Positions 1 through 8,625 of a stretch of DNA of 64,000 nt are shown here, in pieces. The notes beneath the pieces are model-generated. The model was not told the DNA's origin. It made no database searches and was given only the letters and a program-made list of their open reading frames with translations. A program made the position numbers and the translations under genes. How positions within the stretch are numbered: the stretch's first letter is position 1; each line of letters starts with the position of its first letter. Origin of the DNA: an uncultured Bacteroidota bacterium (lineage in GTDB: Bacteria; Bacteroidota; Bacteroidia; Flavobacteriales; Flavobacteriaceae); NCBI GenBank assembly GCA_902550325.1, contig CACCYT010000002.1, forward strand, positions 53,929 to 117,928, read 5' to 3'.

Positions 1-250
1 TTCCATATAAACCTGAAACAATAAACACAATTGTGATGGATGTAGATAACAGTGATGATATTAAAGAAACTTTATCTCGGTCAATTTTATAGTTCTTTGC
101 TCTTTTGTAATCACTTTCTTTATAAAAATCTTTGAGTACATCTGGAATTGAATCATTCCAGTTTTTGGAATTTAAATATTCAAGTATGCTGGAGAAAACA
201 AAACCGAATAAAATAAAAAAAATAAAAATGTATATTATGTATCCAGACAT
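1..250 (-). CDS. M48 family (Ste24/CAAX-prenyl-protease-like) metallopeptidase, N-terminal part only; the gene runs off the window
   Basis: Manual reverse translation from ATG (cat at 248-250) gives MSGYIIYIFIFFILFGFVFSSILEYLNSKNWNDSIPDVLKDFYKESDYKRAKNYKIDRDKVSLISS... with no stop through position 1. The TM helix followed by the LN..w.d.IP..L...Y....Y.K...Y pattern is typical of the Peptidase_M48_N domain. This ORF is not in the supplied ORF track because it is truncated. Confidence 0.55.
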   Translation of the reverse strand, partial: MSGYIIYIFIFFILFGFVFSSILEYLNSKNWNDSIPDVLKDFYKESDYKRAKNYKIDRDKVSLISSLLSTSITIVFIVSGLYG

Positions 251-288
251 ACTGTAAATTTAATTATAATTGAGAAATATTTAATTCT

Positions 289-762
289 TTGATTAGTATT
301 AAAAAGGTTGTGAAAAATATATTGTTCTTAATTTTTCTTGTTTTAATGAGTTGTGGTAGCTCAATAAAACAAATAGAGGTGAAGGAAATATCAGATGTTC
401 AATTTATGGGAATTGAGGATAATCAAATAATTTTAAAATCAGAGTTAATTTTATACAATCCCAACAACAAAAATTTAAGGGCAAGTCAGGTTTATTCTAA
501 AATATATTTCAATACAAAATTTTTTGGTGAATTTGAAAATTTAGATAAAATTCTTCTAAAGAAGAACAATTCCACAAAAATAAATTGTTTAATTAAAATT
601 AATACTGATGCACTCAGTTTATCAATGATATATATGAGTCAATTTGATTTGAATTTTGATGGTTTTGTCAAGATTAATTTTCCCAATAAAAAATTCAAAT
701 TTAATTTGGACTATGAATTAGATTCAAAATTGTTAACAGAAAAGTTTTTAAATAATTTATAA
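289..762 (+). CDS. LEA type 2 (LEA14/WHy-like) family lipoprotein
   Basis: Lipoprotein signal LVLMSCGSS. The body (IKQIEVKEISDVQF..., LILYNPNNKNL..., YFNTKFFGEF) resembles Bacteroidota LEA_2 lipoproteins. Only a TTG start preserves the signal peptide. Confidence 0.5.
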   Translation: MISIKKVVKNILFLIFLVLMSCGSSIKQIEVKEISDVQFMGIEDNQIILKSELILYNPNNKNLRASQVYSKIYFNTKFFGEFENLDKILLKKNNSTKINCLIKINTDALSLSMIYMSQFDLNFDGFVKINFPNKKFKFNLDYELDSKLLTEKFLNNL

Positions 763-804
763 AAGTTTGAAAGTTCTATAGAAAACAATGTAATTTTAAA
801 TAAG

Positions 805-2202
805 ATGTTTATAAAAATTTTACTCTATTTAATTTCTCTAAATATTATGGCTTTTTTTAGCGCCAATATTAATGATGAAATATCCCTAGAACGTCCAAAT
901 TTTATCATATACCTTTCAGATGATCAAGATTTTTTAGATTACAATGTTTTTGGTAATGAAAATGTGCAATCAGCCCATGTAAACAAATTGGCATCTGAAG
1001 GAATAAGGTTTACAAATTTCCATACTGCCTCTGCAATCTGCACACCGAGTAGATCGCAATTGTATACAGGGTTGTATCCCCTCAAAAATGGTAGCTACAC
1101 AAACCATACTCATTTAAAAAAAGACACAAAAACAATTGTTCAACATTTATCCGCAATTGGTTATGAAGTTGTTTTAGCCGGTAAAAGTCACGTTGGACCC
1201 TACAATACATTTGATTGGGACTATTACATTCAAAATAAGCAAAACAAGCAATTGGATCTTGAATCAATCGATAACTATTTGAAAAACGTCGAAAAACCAT
1301 TTTGTCTTGTGCTAGCAAGTGATTTTCCTCACGGACCATACCCTAATGAAACTGATTATACATTAGATGATATTAAACTCCATCCTTATAATAAAAGAGT
1401 AACACCAGAAAAGCCTGGATACTATCAAAACATAAAACATGACGATATTCAGCTAGGGAAAATCCTAAATATTGTTGATGGTAATGATTTGAAAAATAAT
1501 ACCATGTTTATTTATGCTTCTGATCATGGAATTTCAGGAAAGTTTACACTATATCAAAAGGGACTTAAAGTTCCTGTTGTAGTTAGATGGCCAGGAAAAA
1601 TTAAAAAAAATATGGAGTCAAACAGACTACTTGCTATGGTTGATATACTACCAACAATCGTAGATATTGCTGGAGGAGATATAGATGAGTTTGACGGAAA
1701 AAGTTTTAGTAATCTATTACTTGGAAATGACAAAAAAGTGAATGATTTTGTTTATGGTGTTTCTACAAGACAAAACGTTAGAAATGGATTTATTTTTCCC
1801 TCCAGAATGATTAGTAACGGAAAGTACAAAATGATTAAAAATTTCAATTCCATTGAAGTTTATAAAAAAAACTTAAACAAAGGAAGAGTATTAAATGAAT
1901 TTATTGAAATTGGAGCCAAAAAAATGCCAAATGTTCCCTTTGTGGAATTATATGATTTAGAATTAGATCCTTACGAGAAAAATAATATTTCACAAAATCC
2001 TGGCTCAAAATATATTATTAATGAACTGAGTAAAAGTCTAGAAGATTGGATGGTCTCTCAAAATGACATTGTATCATTGGGGAATATCCCTCTAATTAAG
2101 CCTACTCAACATCCACTTGATGAACCCTCAAAGTGGATGAATGTTCAAAAAAATTTAATTGGTAAAATAAAAGACTCTGATTACATAAAAACCCACTATT
2201 AA
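805..2202 (+). CDS. Sulfatase (formylglycine-dependent arylsulfatase family), secreted
   Basis: N-terminal signal peptide, PNFIIYLSDDQD metal-binding start, and C-x-P-x-R formylglycine motif (SAICTPSRSQLYTG). ASDHG and the later conserved blocks are also present. Confidence 0.85.
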   Translation: MFIKILLYLISLNIMAFFSANINDEISLERPNFIIYLSDDQDFLDYNVFGNENVQSAHVNKLASEGIRFTNFHTASAICTPSRSQLYTGLYPLKNGSYTNHTHLKKDTKTIVQHLSAIGYEVVLAGKSHVGPYNTFDWDYYIQNKQNKQLDLESIDNYLKNVEKPFCLVLASDFPHGPYPNETDYTLDDIKLHPYNKRVTPEKPGYYQNIKHDDIQLGKILNIVDGNDLKNNTMFIYASDHGISGKFTLYQKGLKVPVVVRWPGKIKKNMESNRLLAMVDILPTIVDIAGGDIDEFDGKSFSNLLLGNDKKVNDFVYGVSTRQNVRNGFIFPSRMISNGKYKMIKNFNSIEVYKKNLNKGRVLNEFIEIGAKKMPNVPFVELYDLELDPYEKNNISQNPGSKYIINELSKSLEDWMVSQNDIVSLGNIPLIKPTQHPLDEPSKWMNVQKNLIGKIKDSDYIKTHY

Positions 2203-2203
2203 A

Positions 2204-3556
2204 ATGAAATATTTATTCTATTTAATATTCCCATTATTAATTTTTTCTCAAGATCCAAGTTTTCATGAACCATGGGAATTAGAAGGGGCCAGTGAGAGGA
2301 TTGAAAAATACAGAAAAACCAATACGATTTTAAACTTTAATTTCCCCACTGACATCAAAAAAAAGAATGGTAAATTAAAAATTAAATTAATCAATCATGA
2401 TTTTAAATTCGGGGTTGGGTTTACTCAATTGAGAAAGATGCGAGGTAATATGTTCGATTTATATCTTGAAAGATTTAATGAGGTTTTTAATTATGCTACT
2501 GTAGGTATGTATTGGGTCCTAACAGATGAGAGAAGTGGTAGAAAACAAATAGATAAATATTATGATGATATAATTAAATGGTCAATAAAAAATAATGTCC
2601 GATTGAAAGGTCATCCATTAATGTGGCATGAGGGTATGCCTGATTGGGTTAGATATTCAAAAGATTTAGATCAACTTGAAGTTGCAATGAAAACACACAT
2701 GAGGAGATTAATTGAAACTTATCCAGAAATTAATGACTGGGATGTATACAATGAACCAGTTGGTCCATTTAAACCACACATTCCATACAGTGCTATTCAA
2801 GATTGGATCAATCACAAAGGTGGAATATATCCAGCAATGGTAGAAATCTATCAGTATGTTAACAGCGTTAATCCAGAAAAGAATTATTCAAACAATCACT
2901 ATCATGCAAAGGACCCCGAATATTTTAAAATAAATGAATATTACGTTCAGAAAAATTTAAATTTCAGTTCAATTGGGATGCAAGCTCATATGCAGTCGAA
3001 TGATAATGTCATGACTGAAAGTCAAGTTTGGGATCAGATTGAGGACTATGCAGTTTTGGGAAAAAACATTCAGTTCACAGAAATCACTGTGACAAGTTCG
3101 AAAAGATTTAATAATTGGAAAGATCACCAAGAGTTTTTAGCTAAGAGAGATGAATCACTACGAAAAGGGAAAGAAATGGACTTACCAAGCCTTCCTGAAT
3201 ATGAAGATTTCCAAGCATCTTATTTAAAAGACTTTTACACACTTGTCTTCAGTCATCCAAGTGTTAGTTCCATTACTTTTTGGAACCTAACTGACAAAAA
3301 TGCCTGGAGAGGACATGCTGGAGGATTGCTTTACAAAGACTTATCTCCAAAAAAATCATTTTTGACTTTAAAGCAGTTAATAAAAGAAACTTGGACAACT
3401 GAAATAAGTGAAAAAATAAATATTAGCGATTCCTTTGAATTCAGGGGATTCTATGGGGATTATGAGGGAGAAATCCAAGTAGATAAAAAACTCTATAAAT
3501 TCAGTTTCTCTATTGACAAAGAAACAGATGGGCCAATTGATTTGGTTTTAAAGTAA
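2204..3556 (+). CDS. Glycoside hydrolase family 10-like protein (putative endo-beta-1,4-xylanase), secreted, with a C-terminal extra domain
   Basis: Signal peptide MKYLFYLIFPLLIFSQ. KGHPLMWHEGMPDWV resembles GH10 GHTLVWHSQ.P.W. WDVYNEP is the acid/base Glu motif WDVVNE. IQFTEITV resembles the nucleophile motif ITELD. The start lies 1 nt after the sulfatase stop. Confidence 0.65.
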   Translation: MKYLFYLIFPLLIFSQDPSFHEPWELEGASERIEKYRKTNTILNFNFPTDIKKKNGKLKIKLINHDFKFGVGFTQLRKMRGNMFDLYLERFNEVFNYATVGMYWVLTDERSGRKQIDKYYDDIIKWSIKNNVRLKGHPLMWHEGMPDWVRYSKDLDQLEVAMKTHMRRLIETYPEINDWDVYNEPVGPFKPHIPYSAIQDWINHKGGIYPAMVEIYQYVNSVNPEKNYSNNHYHAKDPEYFKINEYYVQKNLNFSSIGMQAHMQSNDNVMTESQVWDQIEDYAVLGKNIQFTEITVTSSKRFNNWKDHQEFLAKRDESLRKGKEMDLPSLPEYEDFQASYLKDFYTLVFSHPSVSSITFWNLTDKNAWRGHAGGLLYKDLSPKKSFLTLKQLIKETWTTEISEKINISDSFEFRGFYGDYEGEIQVDKKLYKFSFSIDKETDGPIDLVLK

Positions 3557-4387
3557 TTTCGGAGTTTTTTTAATGTAATCCTGATATTCTTTTAAATGCC
3601 CCCATTTTTCTTGACCACTTTTCTCCAAAATACTCACTCCACTTATATAAACAATTAACCAATAGGTAAAAATTGGTGATATAAGAGTGATGTATTGCAA
3701 TCCCTCCAGATTTGAAAATGACATAACAGATATACCTAGCCAAAGAATAATTTCTCCTATATAGTTAGGATGCCTAGATTTTGACCATAAGCCTGAGGTT
3801 ATGAATTTATTCTTGTTTTCACTAATCGATCTAAATTTTGTCTTCTGATAATCTGCTATGATCTCAATGGAAAATCCAAGAACAAAGAGAGTAAGTCCTG
3901 TAAAAAAAGCGATATTTAGCTCAATAATATTTTCTGACGCGATAGCTGTAATTGCACATGCTGAGCATATTGTTACCCACATTCCTGATGTTGTCCATGC
4001 AAGCAAAAATTTTGACCATGACTTTTTATATTCTCTAAATCTTTTGTCCTCACCATCTTTTTTTATTCTTAAAAATAAAAATGTACCTAATCTACCAGAC
4101 CATATTATTATTACTAGGGAAATAACAATTTCTCCAATTCCTGACCCAAAGCTTTGTGTCTTTGAGTATAGTATGTAAGAAATCACAGAAATATAAGCGA
4201 GACTACCTGTGAGATCATAAAATTTTTCGGTTTTAAAAATATTTGCAGGAATGTACAATACCCAGTGGATAATAAAAACCAAAATGATACCATTAATTAC
4301 AATTTTATTTTGGGTGGCAAATCCTAAACCCATACATAATAAAAAAACAATTACAATATTTGATAAATTCTTGATGTGATGTTTCAT
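3548..4387 (-). CDS. DUF1295 / steroid 5-alpha-reductase-like polytopic membrane protein
   Basis: Multiple TM helices and the C-terminal motif GLWSKSRHPNYIGEIILWLG, typical of the DUF1295/ICMT-like fold. The start was trimmed to MKHHIKN (cat at 4385-4387), 2 nt after the upstream esterase stop. The track start at 4414 is also possible. Confidence 0.6.
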   Translation of the reverse strand: MKHHIKNLSNIVIVFLLCMGLGFATQNKIVINGIILVFIIHWVLYIPANIFKTEKFYDLTGSLAYISVISYILYSKTQSFGSGIGEIVISLVIIIWSGRLGTFLFLRIKKDGEDKRFREYKKSWSKFLLAWTTSGMWVTICSACAITAIASENIIELNIAFFTGLTLFVLGFSIEIIADYQKTKFRSISENKNKFITSGLWSKSRHPNYIGEIILWLGISVMSFSNLEGLQYITLISPIFTYWLIVYISGVSILEKSGQEKWGHLKEYQDYIKKTPKLL

Positions 4388-4389
4388 AT

Positions 4390-5250
4390 CTAAAATCTTT
4401 GAAAGAAGTTCCAAATCTCATTGATTAAAAAAGGAGAATTTAAAACATTGTGTTCCCCATTTTCAATCCTTAAATACCTGACCTCTTTTCCATCGTCACA
4501 GTTTTTAAATTCATACACTGTATCTTCCCCAATCATTCTAATTTGAGGTTCAAAACAATTAAATTTATTTGCCCACAATTTTGCACTTTCCAGAGCATCT
4601 AAAAAAATATGTGTTCCTGGCCCGGGTCCACCGCTGATTGGAATTATTGGATCTAAAGCTCCGTTAACTTGGAAAACTGATAGGGGCTGAGTTGTTGGCT
4701 TCAACGGCATACTTTCCATTAATTGACTTACGATGGGTGCAATCGCTTTAAAATGATTTGTTTCTACACCTAACTTGTTGGCCATTCCAGAGCCATTTGA
4801 ATTTCCTATGACATAAACCTTATTCATATCTAGATTCTGATAGTTTTTCAATTCTTCAATAATCAAATTAATAAATTGAACATCATCAGCTCGCGAGGCC
4901 TCTGAGCCTAAATTCCATGATCTTTGAATCCCTTGAGGATAAATACCTACAAATTCCCCATTGTCAGTAAACCTTTTAAGTCTATTTAAAAAACCTGTAT
5001 TTGTTCCACCATTTCCATGTAATCCAAAAACAATAGGGTATAATTTATTAGTGTTAATGTTTAACTCGGTTTGGATAATAACAGGTCTTTGCTCCAATAC
5101 ACCACTCACGTTTTGTTGAATAAATATGGTCTCTGTTTTTAGCTCTTTGGTTGAGTTAAAGTCAGTAGCATAATCATTATCTTCGCATGAGACAAAAAAT
5201 AATATCAAAATTATTTTTGAAATGTTAAAAATGTATCTTTTAATGATCAT
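4390..5250 (-). CDS. Secreted alpha/beta-hydrolase esterase (PHB-depolymerase/LpqC-like, CE1-like), lipoprotein
   Basis: The likely start MIIKRYIF... gives the signal/lipobox ILILFFVSCEDN. Also present are the HG oxyanion motif FGLHGNGG and the nucleophile elbow G-N-S-N-G (VIGNSNGSGMA). It is a paralog of 8612..9490, with which it shares the C-terminus KNC.DGKEVRYLRIE.G.HN. Confidence 0.6.
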   Translation of the reverse strand: MIIKRYIFNISKIILILFFVSCEDNDYATDFNSTKELKTETIFIQQNVSGVLEQRPVIIQTELNINTNKLYPIVFGLHGNGGTNTGFLNRLKRFTDNGEFVGIYPQGIQRSWNLGSEASRADDVQFINLIIEELKNYQNLDMNKVYVIGNSNGSGMANKLGVETNHFKAIAPIVSQLMESMPLKPTTQPLSVFQVNGALDPIIPISGGPGPGTHIFLDALESAKLWANKFNCFEPQIRMIGEDTVYEFKNCDDGKEVRYLRIENGEHNVLNSPFLINEIWNFFQRF

Positions 5251-5266
5251 AAATATTTTTAAAATT

Positions 5267-6475
5267 ATGACATTTAAATTAAAGTTAAGCTTGATATTAA
5301 TCATTTTGATGTCGTGCTCCAATGATGTTGATAGCATTTCTAGTTGTGAGTCAATTAATTATGAGAACAAACCCTCTATAGACTGGTTTCAATCTTATGG
5401 GGGAAGTGGTGAAGAATCTCATGGACATTATATTCTCTCCACTAGTGACGGAGGTTTTATTCAAATAGGTGAAACAGGTTCTTTACCAAATAATGCTAAA
5501 ATGCTTGTGGTTAAGGTTGACCGAAATGGTCAATTAATTTGGAAAAAAGAATATACTGATGAAGGTCATAATTTTGGAAATTCAATACTTGAAATTGAAG
5601 ATGGTTATTTATTGTGTGGGGTAAAAAATGATGATAGTTTTTTAGTTAAGGTAAAAAAAGAAAATGGAGATATTTTGTTCTCTAAAACTTTTGAAAATGG
5701 TGGAAGTGATGCTTTTGAGCACTTACTTTTGGTAAATAATCAAATTTTTGCAGTTGGTTACACTAATTCTGAAGATAAATACAATAACTTTTATTCAGAG
5801 GGTGAATCAAGCTTACACATATTAGATTTAGATGGAACTATTATTAAAAATATTGATATCAAGAGTTACATGTCACATGCTTACAGAATTAAGTCTATTA
5901 ATAATGATATTTATATTTCAGGCCTTACAAATGGTGCTGAAGATTATGCTCTAATTAAAATGAATCTGTCGGGTGATGTTATCTGGTCCAATGTTTATGG
6001 TGGATCAGATTCTGATCATTGCTTTGCAATGGATGTAAATGATAAAAATGAAATTTTTTTAAGTGGTCATACGACATCACAAACTGCCAACTGGGACACT
6101 TATACAATGAAGATTGATAACGATGGTAATAAGTTATGGGAAGTAAAAAAAGGCAACCCCAGAGGTTTTGATGAAAATTTCATTCACGATGAGGTTTGGG
6201 GAGTCACATACACTGATGACGGTGGTTGTATAATTACTGCTGGAACTGGAGATGAATATGATGAATATTCTGCATCATGTGATAATTCATCTGAGTTCTC
6301 TAATCAGTGGAAAGTATACTCTATTAAGTTTTCATCTGATGGTTCTATTGAATGGGAAGGAGTTTATGGAATTGAGAGTGAAGACTGGGCAGGGGAGGAT
6401 ATCGATTTGTCTTTAGATGGTAAACCTATTATGGCAGTTGATAATGGTGAATTCGGATTTCTAAAATTAAAATAA
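5267..6475 (+). CDS. Lipoprotein with about seven beta-propeller-type repeats; function unknown
   Basis: The start was trimmed to MTFKLKLSLILIILMSCSND (ATG at 5267). There are seven roughly 50-aa repeats of the form W..xYGGsg.d....i....dGg.i..G.T.S, for example WFQSYGGSGEESHGHYILSTSDGGFIQIGETGS and WSNVYGGSDSDHCFAMDVNDKNEIFLSGHTTS. Confidence 0.6.
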   Translation: MTFKLKLSLILIILMSCSNDVDSISSCESINYENKPSIDWFQSYGGSGEESHGHYILSTSDGGFIQIGETGSLPNNAKMLVVKVDRNGQLIWKKEYTDEGHNFGNSILEIEDGYLLCGVKNDDSFLVKVKKENGDILFSKTFENGGSDAFEHLLLVNNQIFAVGYTNSEDKYNNFYSEGESSLHILDLDGTIIKNIDIKSYMSHAYRIKSINNDIYISGLTNGAEDYALIKMNLSGDVIWSNVYGGSDSDHCFAMDVNDKNEIFLSGHTTSQTANWDTYTMKIDNDGNKLWEVKKGNPRGFDENFIHDEVWGVTYTDDGGCIITAGTGDEYDEYSASCDNSSEFSNQWKVYSIKFSSDGSIEWEGVYGIESEDWAGEDIDLSLDGKPIMAVDNGEFGFLKLK

Positions 6476-6500
6476 AAAAAGCCCTAAAAAGGGCTTTTTC
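6475..6500. terminator. Bidirectional rho-independent terminator between convergent genes
   Basis: The sequence aaaaaaGCCCtaaaaaGGGCttttt forms a GC-cored stem (6480-6484 pairing with 6491-6495) extendable through the flanking A and T runs. The A-tract lies on one side and the T-tract on the other. It is the only clean intrinsic terminator I saw in the window. Confidence 0.6.
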
Positions 6501-6518
6501 ATACAGTTATTTTAATGT

Positions 6519-7205
6519 CTAGAAGTCAGCCAACCTTACCATCATGTAAGAGTTTACAACTTTTCTAACGCCACTGACTTTTTTAGAGTATTCTGCAAAT
6601 TCAGGACTGTTATACATATCTTTTGTCCTTTTTAATGCTGATTCTAAATCAGGTGCACCAACCCACACAAAATGAGAAAAACCACTATTTTTTCCACTAA
6701 TTGGATATCCAAGACCGTATGAGTTTTCTTCATACCCTTGAGTTACAGCCATTTCCTGAGAAAAAGAAGCAAATTCTTTCGCATACTTGCTTGGGTCTGA
6801 AACTTCCATTTCCCAAATCATAAATACTTGATCAGGTGTCCAGTCATTTTTAAACCATGCAGGTGTATTTAAAGCAGTTTTAACAGGTGTAATATACTTG
6901 TTAAGTTTTTCTCCAAAAACTTGAGCTACTGGAGATGCAAACCAGGATAATGACCAATTCGCAAAAGATGCTTCATCAGGAAAACAAAATTGAACTACAT
7001 GAGTTGCTTCAGTATTTCCGTTGAATTGATAAGCAAACAAGGATTTTGATCCATTGATATTTTTTGCCCATTCAGTTTCCATCATGCCTTTTAGTGCTGA
7101 AACAACCATTTCTGGCTCATCAGTTTTAAAATCAAAAAAAGCGCAATATTGAGAAAATGAAAAAGACGAAAAAAAGATTGCAAAAAGTAAAATTATTTTT
7201 TTCAT
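6519..7205 (-). CDS. Secreted hypothetical protein with an internal duplication of a ~100-aa alpha+beta module
   Basis: Signal peptide MKKIILLFAIFFSSFSFSQ. The two halves share a pattern: FFDFKTDEPEMVVSALKGMMETEW...ATHVVQFCFPDEASF versus FMIWEMEVSDPSKYAKEFASFSQEM...FSHFVWVGAPDLESA. I recognise no named family. Confidence 0.55.
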   Translation of the reverse strand: MKKIILLFAIFFSSFSFSQYCAFFDFKTDEPEMVVSALKGMMETEWAKNINGSKSLFAYQFNGNTEATHVVQFCFPDEASFANWSLSWFASPVAQVFGEKLNKYITPVKTALNTPAWFKNDWTPDQVFMIWEMEVSDPSKYAKEFASFSQEMAVTQGYEENSYGLGYPISGKNSGFSHFVWVGAPDLESALKRTKDMYNSPEFAEYSKKVSGVRKVVNSYMMVRLADF

Positions 7206-7272
7206 ATTTTTAAAATTAAGATGTTAAATTTAAGAATATTTGCCATTTAACCAACCAATGTTTTTATTTTAA

Positions 7273-8625
7273 ATGATAAAGATGAATACACTAATAAAAC
7301 CCTCTATAATCTTTTTGATTTTTATTTGTATTGGTTGTAATCAATTTCACAATGAAATAAGAAATCCGAATGTAATATTGATCATGGCAGATGATATTGG
7401 TTATGAAGGATTAGGAATTAATGGGAGTTTGTCTTACAATACCCCGAACTTAGATGCATTGGCCTCAAATGGTGTAAATTTTACTAAAGCAATTGCAAAT
7501 CCACTTTGCACCCCATCAAGAGTCAAAATAATGACTGGAAAATATAACTACAAAAACTATGATTATTTCACGCATCTTAATTCAAGTGAAAAAACATTTG
7601 GAAATTTATTTAAGGACAATGGTTATCAAACAGCGATAGTAGGAAAATGGCAATTAAATGGATTAAAAATTAGTGAAATAGATCAAAGTATAAAAGAAGA
7701 TAATACTAGACCTTACAAATTTGGTTTTGATGAATATTGCTTGTGGCAATTGACAAAAACAAAAGATTTTGGAGAAAGATTTGCAAATCCATTAATTGAA
7801 CAAAACGGAAAATTTCTAGATCGTAATAAAGATTTGTATGGCCCAGACATAGTATCAGATTACGCAATAGATTTTATACAAAGAAATAAAGAAAAACCAT
7901 TTTTTCTATATTACCCGATGCTTCTTGTTCATGATCCATTTGTTCCTACACCAGATTCAAAGGAATGGAATAATCCAAATTTTAGATATAAAAAGAACAA
8001 TATTTTCTTTAAAGATATGGTGGAATATATGGACAAAATAATTGGTAAAATAGTTCAAGAATTAAAGACTCAGGGAATAGAGGATAACACATTAATAATG
8101 TTTGTTGGAGATAATGGAACCAATAGAAACTTAGTAACCAAAACTGTATTTGGCGATATCAAAGGAGCAAAAGGAAATACTATAACTCATGGTGTACATG
8201 TTCCGATGATCGCGAGTTGGCCTTCAAAAATTAAAAAACCAGTTATTTATGATGGTGTTGTTGATTTGACGGATTTCTATGCTACATTCTCTGATATATT
8301 AAATGTAGCAAATGACTCAGATGGGGAAAGTTTGATGGATATTTTCTCTAGTAATAAAAAAAATATACGTGAAATTGTTACCATTTATTACGACCCAAAG
8401 TGGTCAATTAATGTTTCCAAGTACAGAAATATCTTCAGCCAAAATAAAAGGTATAAAATGTACAAAAATCTAGAATTTTATGATATGCAGAGTGATATTT
8501 TGGAGGAAAAGCCATTAAAAGAAAAAGATCTCTCTGAGAATGAAAAATTAATCAAAGAAAAGTTGTTAAAAGAACTTTCTAAATTCCCATCTTTACCCGT
8601 CCAAAGTCTTAATGAATCTGAATAA
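7273..8625 (+). CDS. Sulfatase (formylglycine-dependent, arylsulfatase A-like), lipoprotein
   Basis: Lipobox FICIGCNQ, PNVILIMADDIGYEG, C-x-P-x-R motif (NPLCTPSRVKIMTGKY), and GDNGT plus later sulfatase blocks. Confidence 0.85.
   Translation: MIKMNTLIKPSIIFLIFICIGCNQFHNEIRNPNVILIMADDIGYEGLGINGSLSYNTPNLDALASNGVNFTKAIANPLCTPSRVKIMTGKYNYKNYDYFTHLNSSEKTFGNLFKDNGYQTAIVGKWQLNGLKISEIDQSIKEDNTRPYKFGFDEYCLWQLTKTKDFGERFANPLIEQNGKFLDRNKDLYGPDIVSDYAIDFIQRNKEKPFFLYYPMLLVHDPFVPTPDSKEWNNPNFRYKKNNIFFKDMVEYMDKIIGKIVQELKTQGIEDNTLIMFVGDNGTNRNLVTKTVFGDIKGAKGNTITHGVHVPMIASWPSKIKKPVIYDGVVDLTDFYATFSDILNVANDSDGESLMDIFSSNKKNIREIVTIYYDPKWSINVSKYRNIFSQNKRYKMYKNLEFYDMQSDILEEKPLKEKDLSENEKLIKEKLLKELSKFPSLPVQSLNESE

Noticed and set aside
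5222-5337. The track start codons make the divergent esterase and repeat-lipoprotein genes overlap by 116 nt.
   Set aside because: Internal ATGs (5250 on the minus strand and 5267 on the plus strand) give canonical lipoprotein signal peptides and remove the overlap. The upstream extensions are AT-rich read-through. Similar trimming was applied to gyrB, lon, leuD, prmC, aroQ and ftsE.
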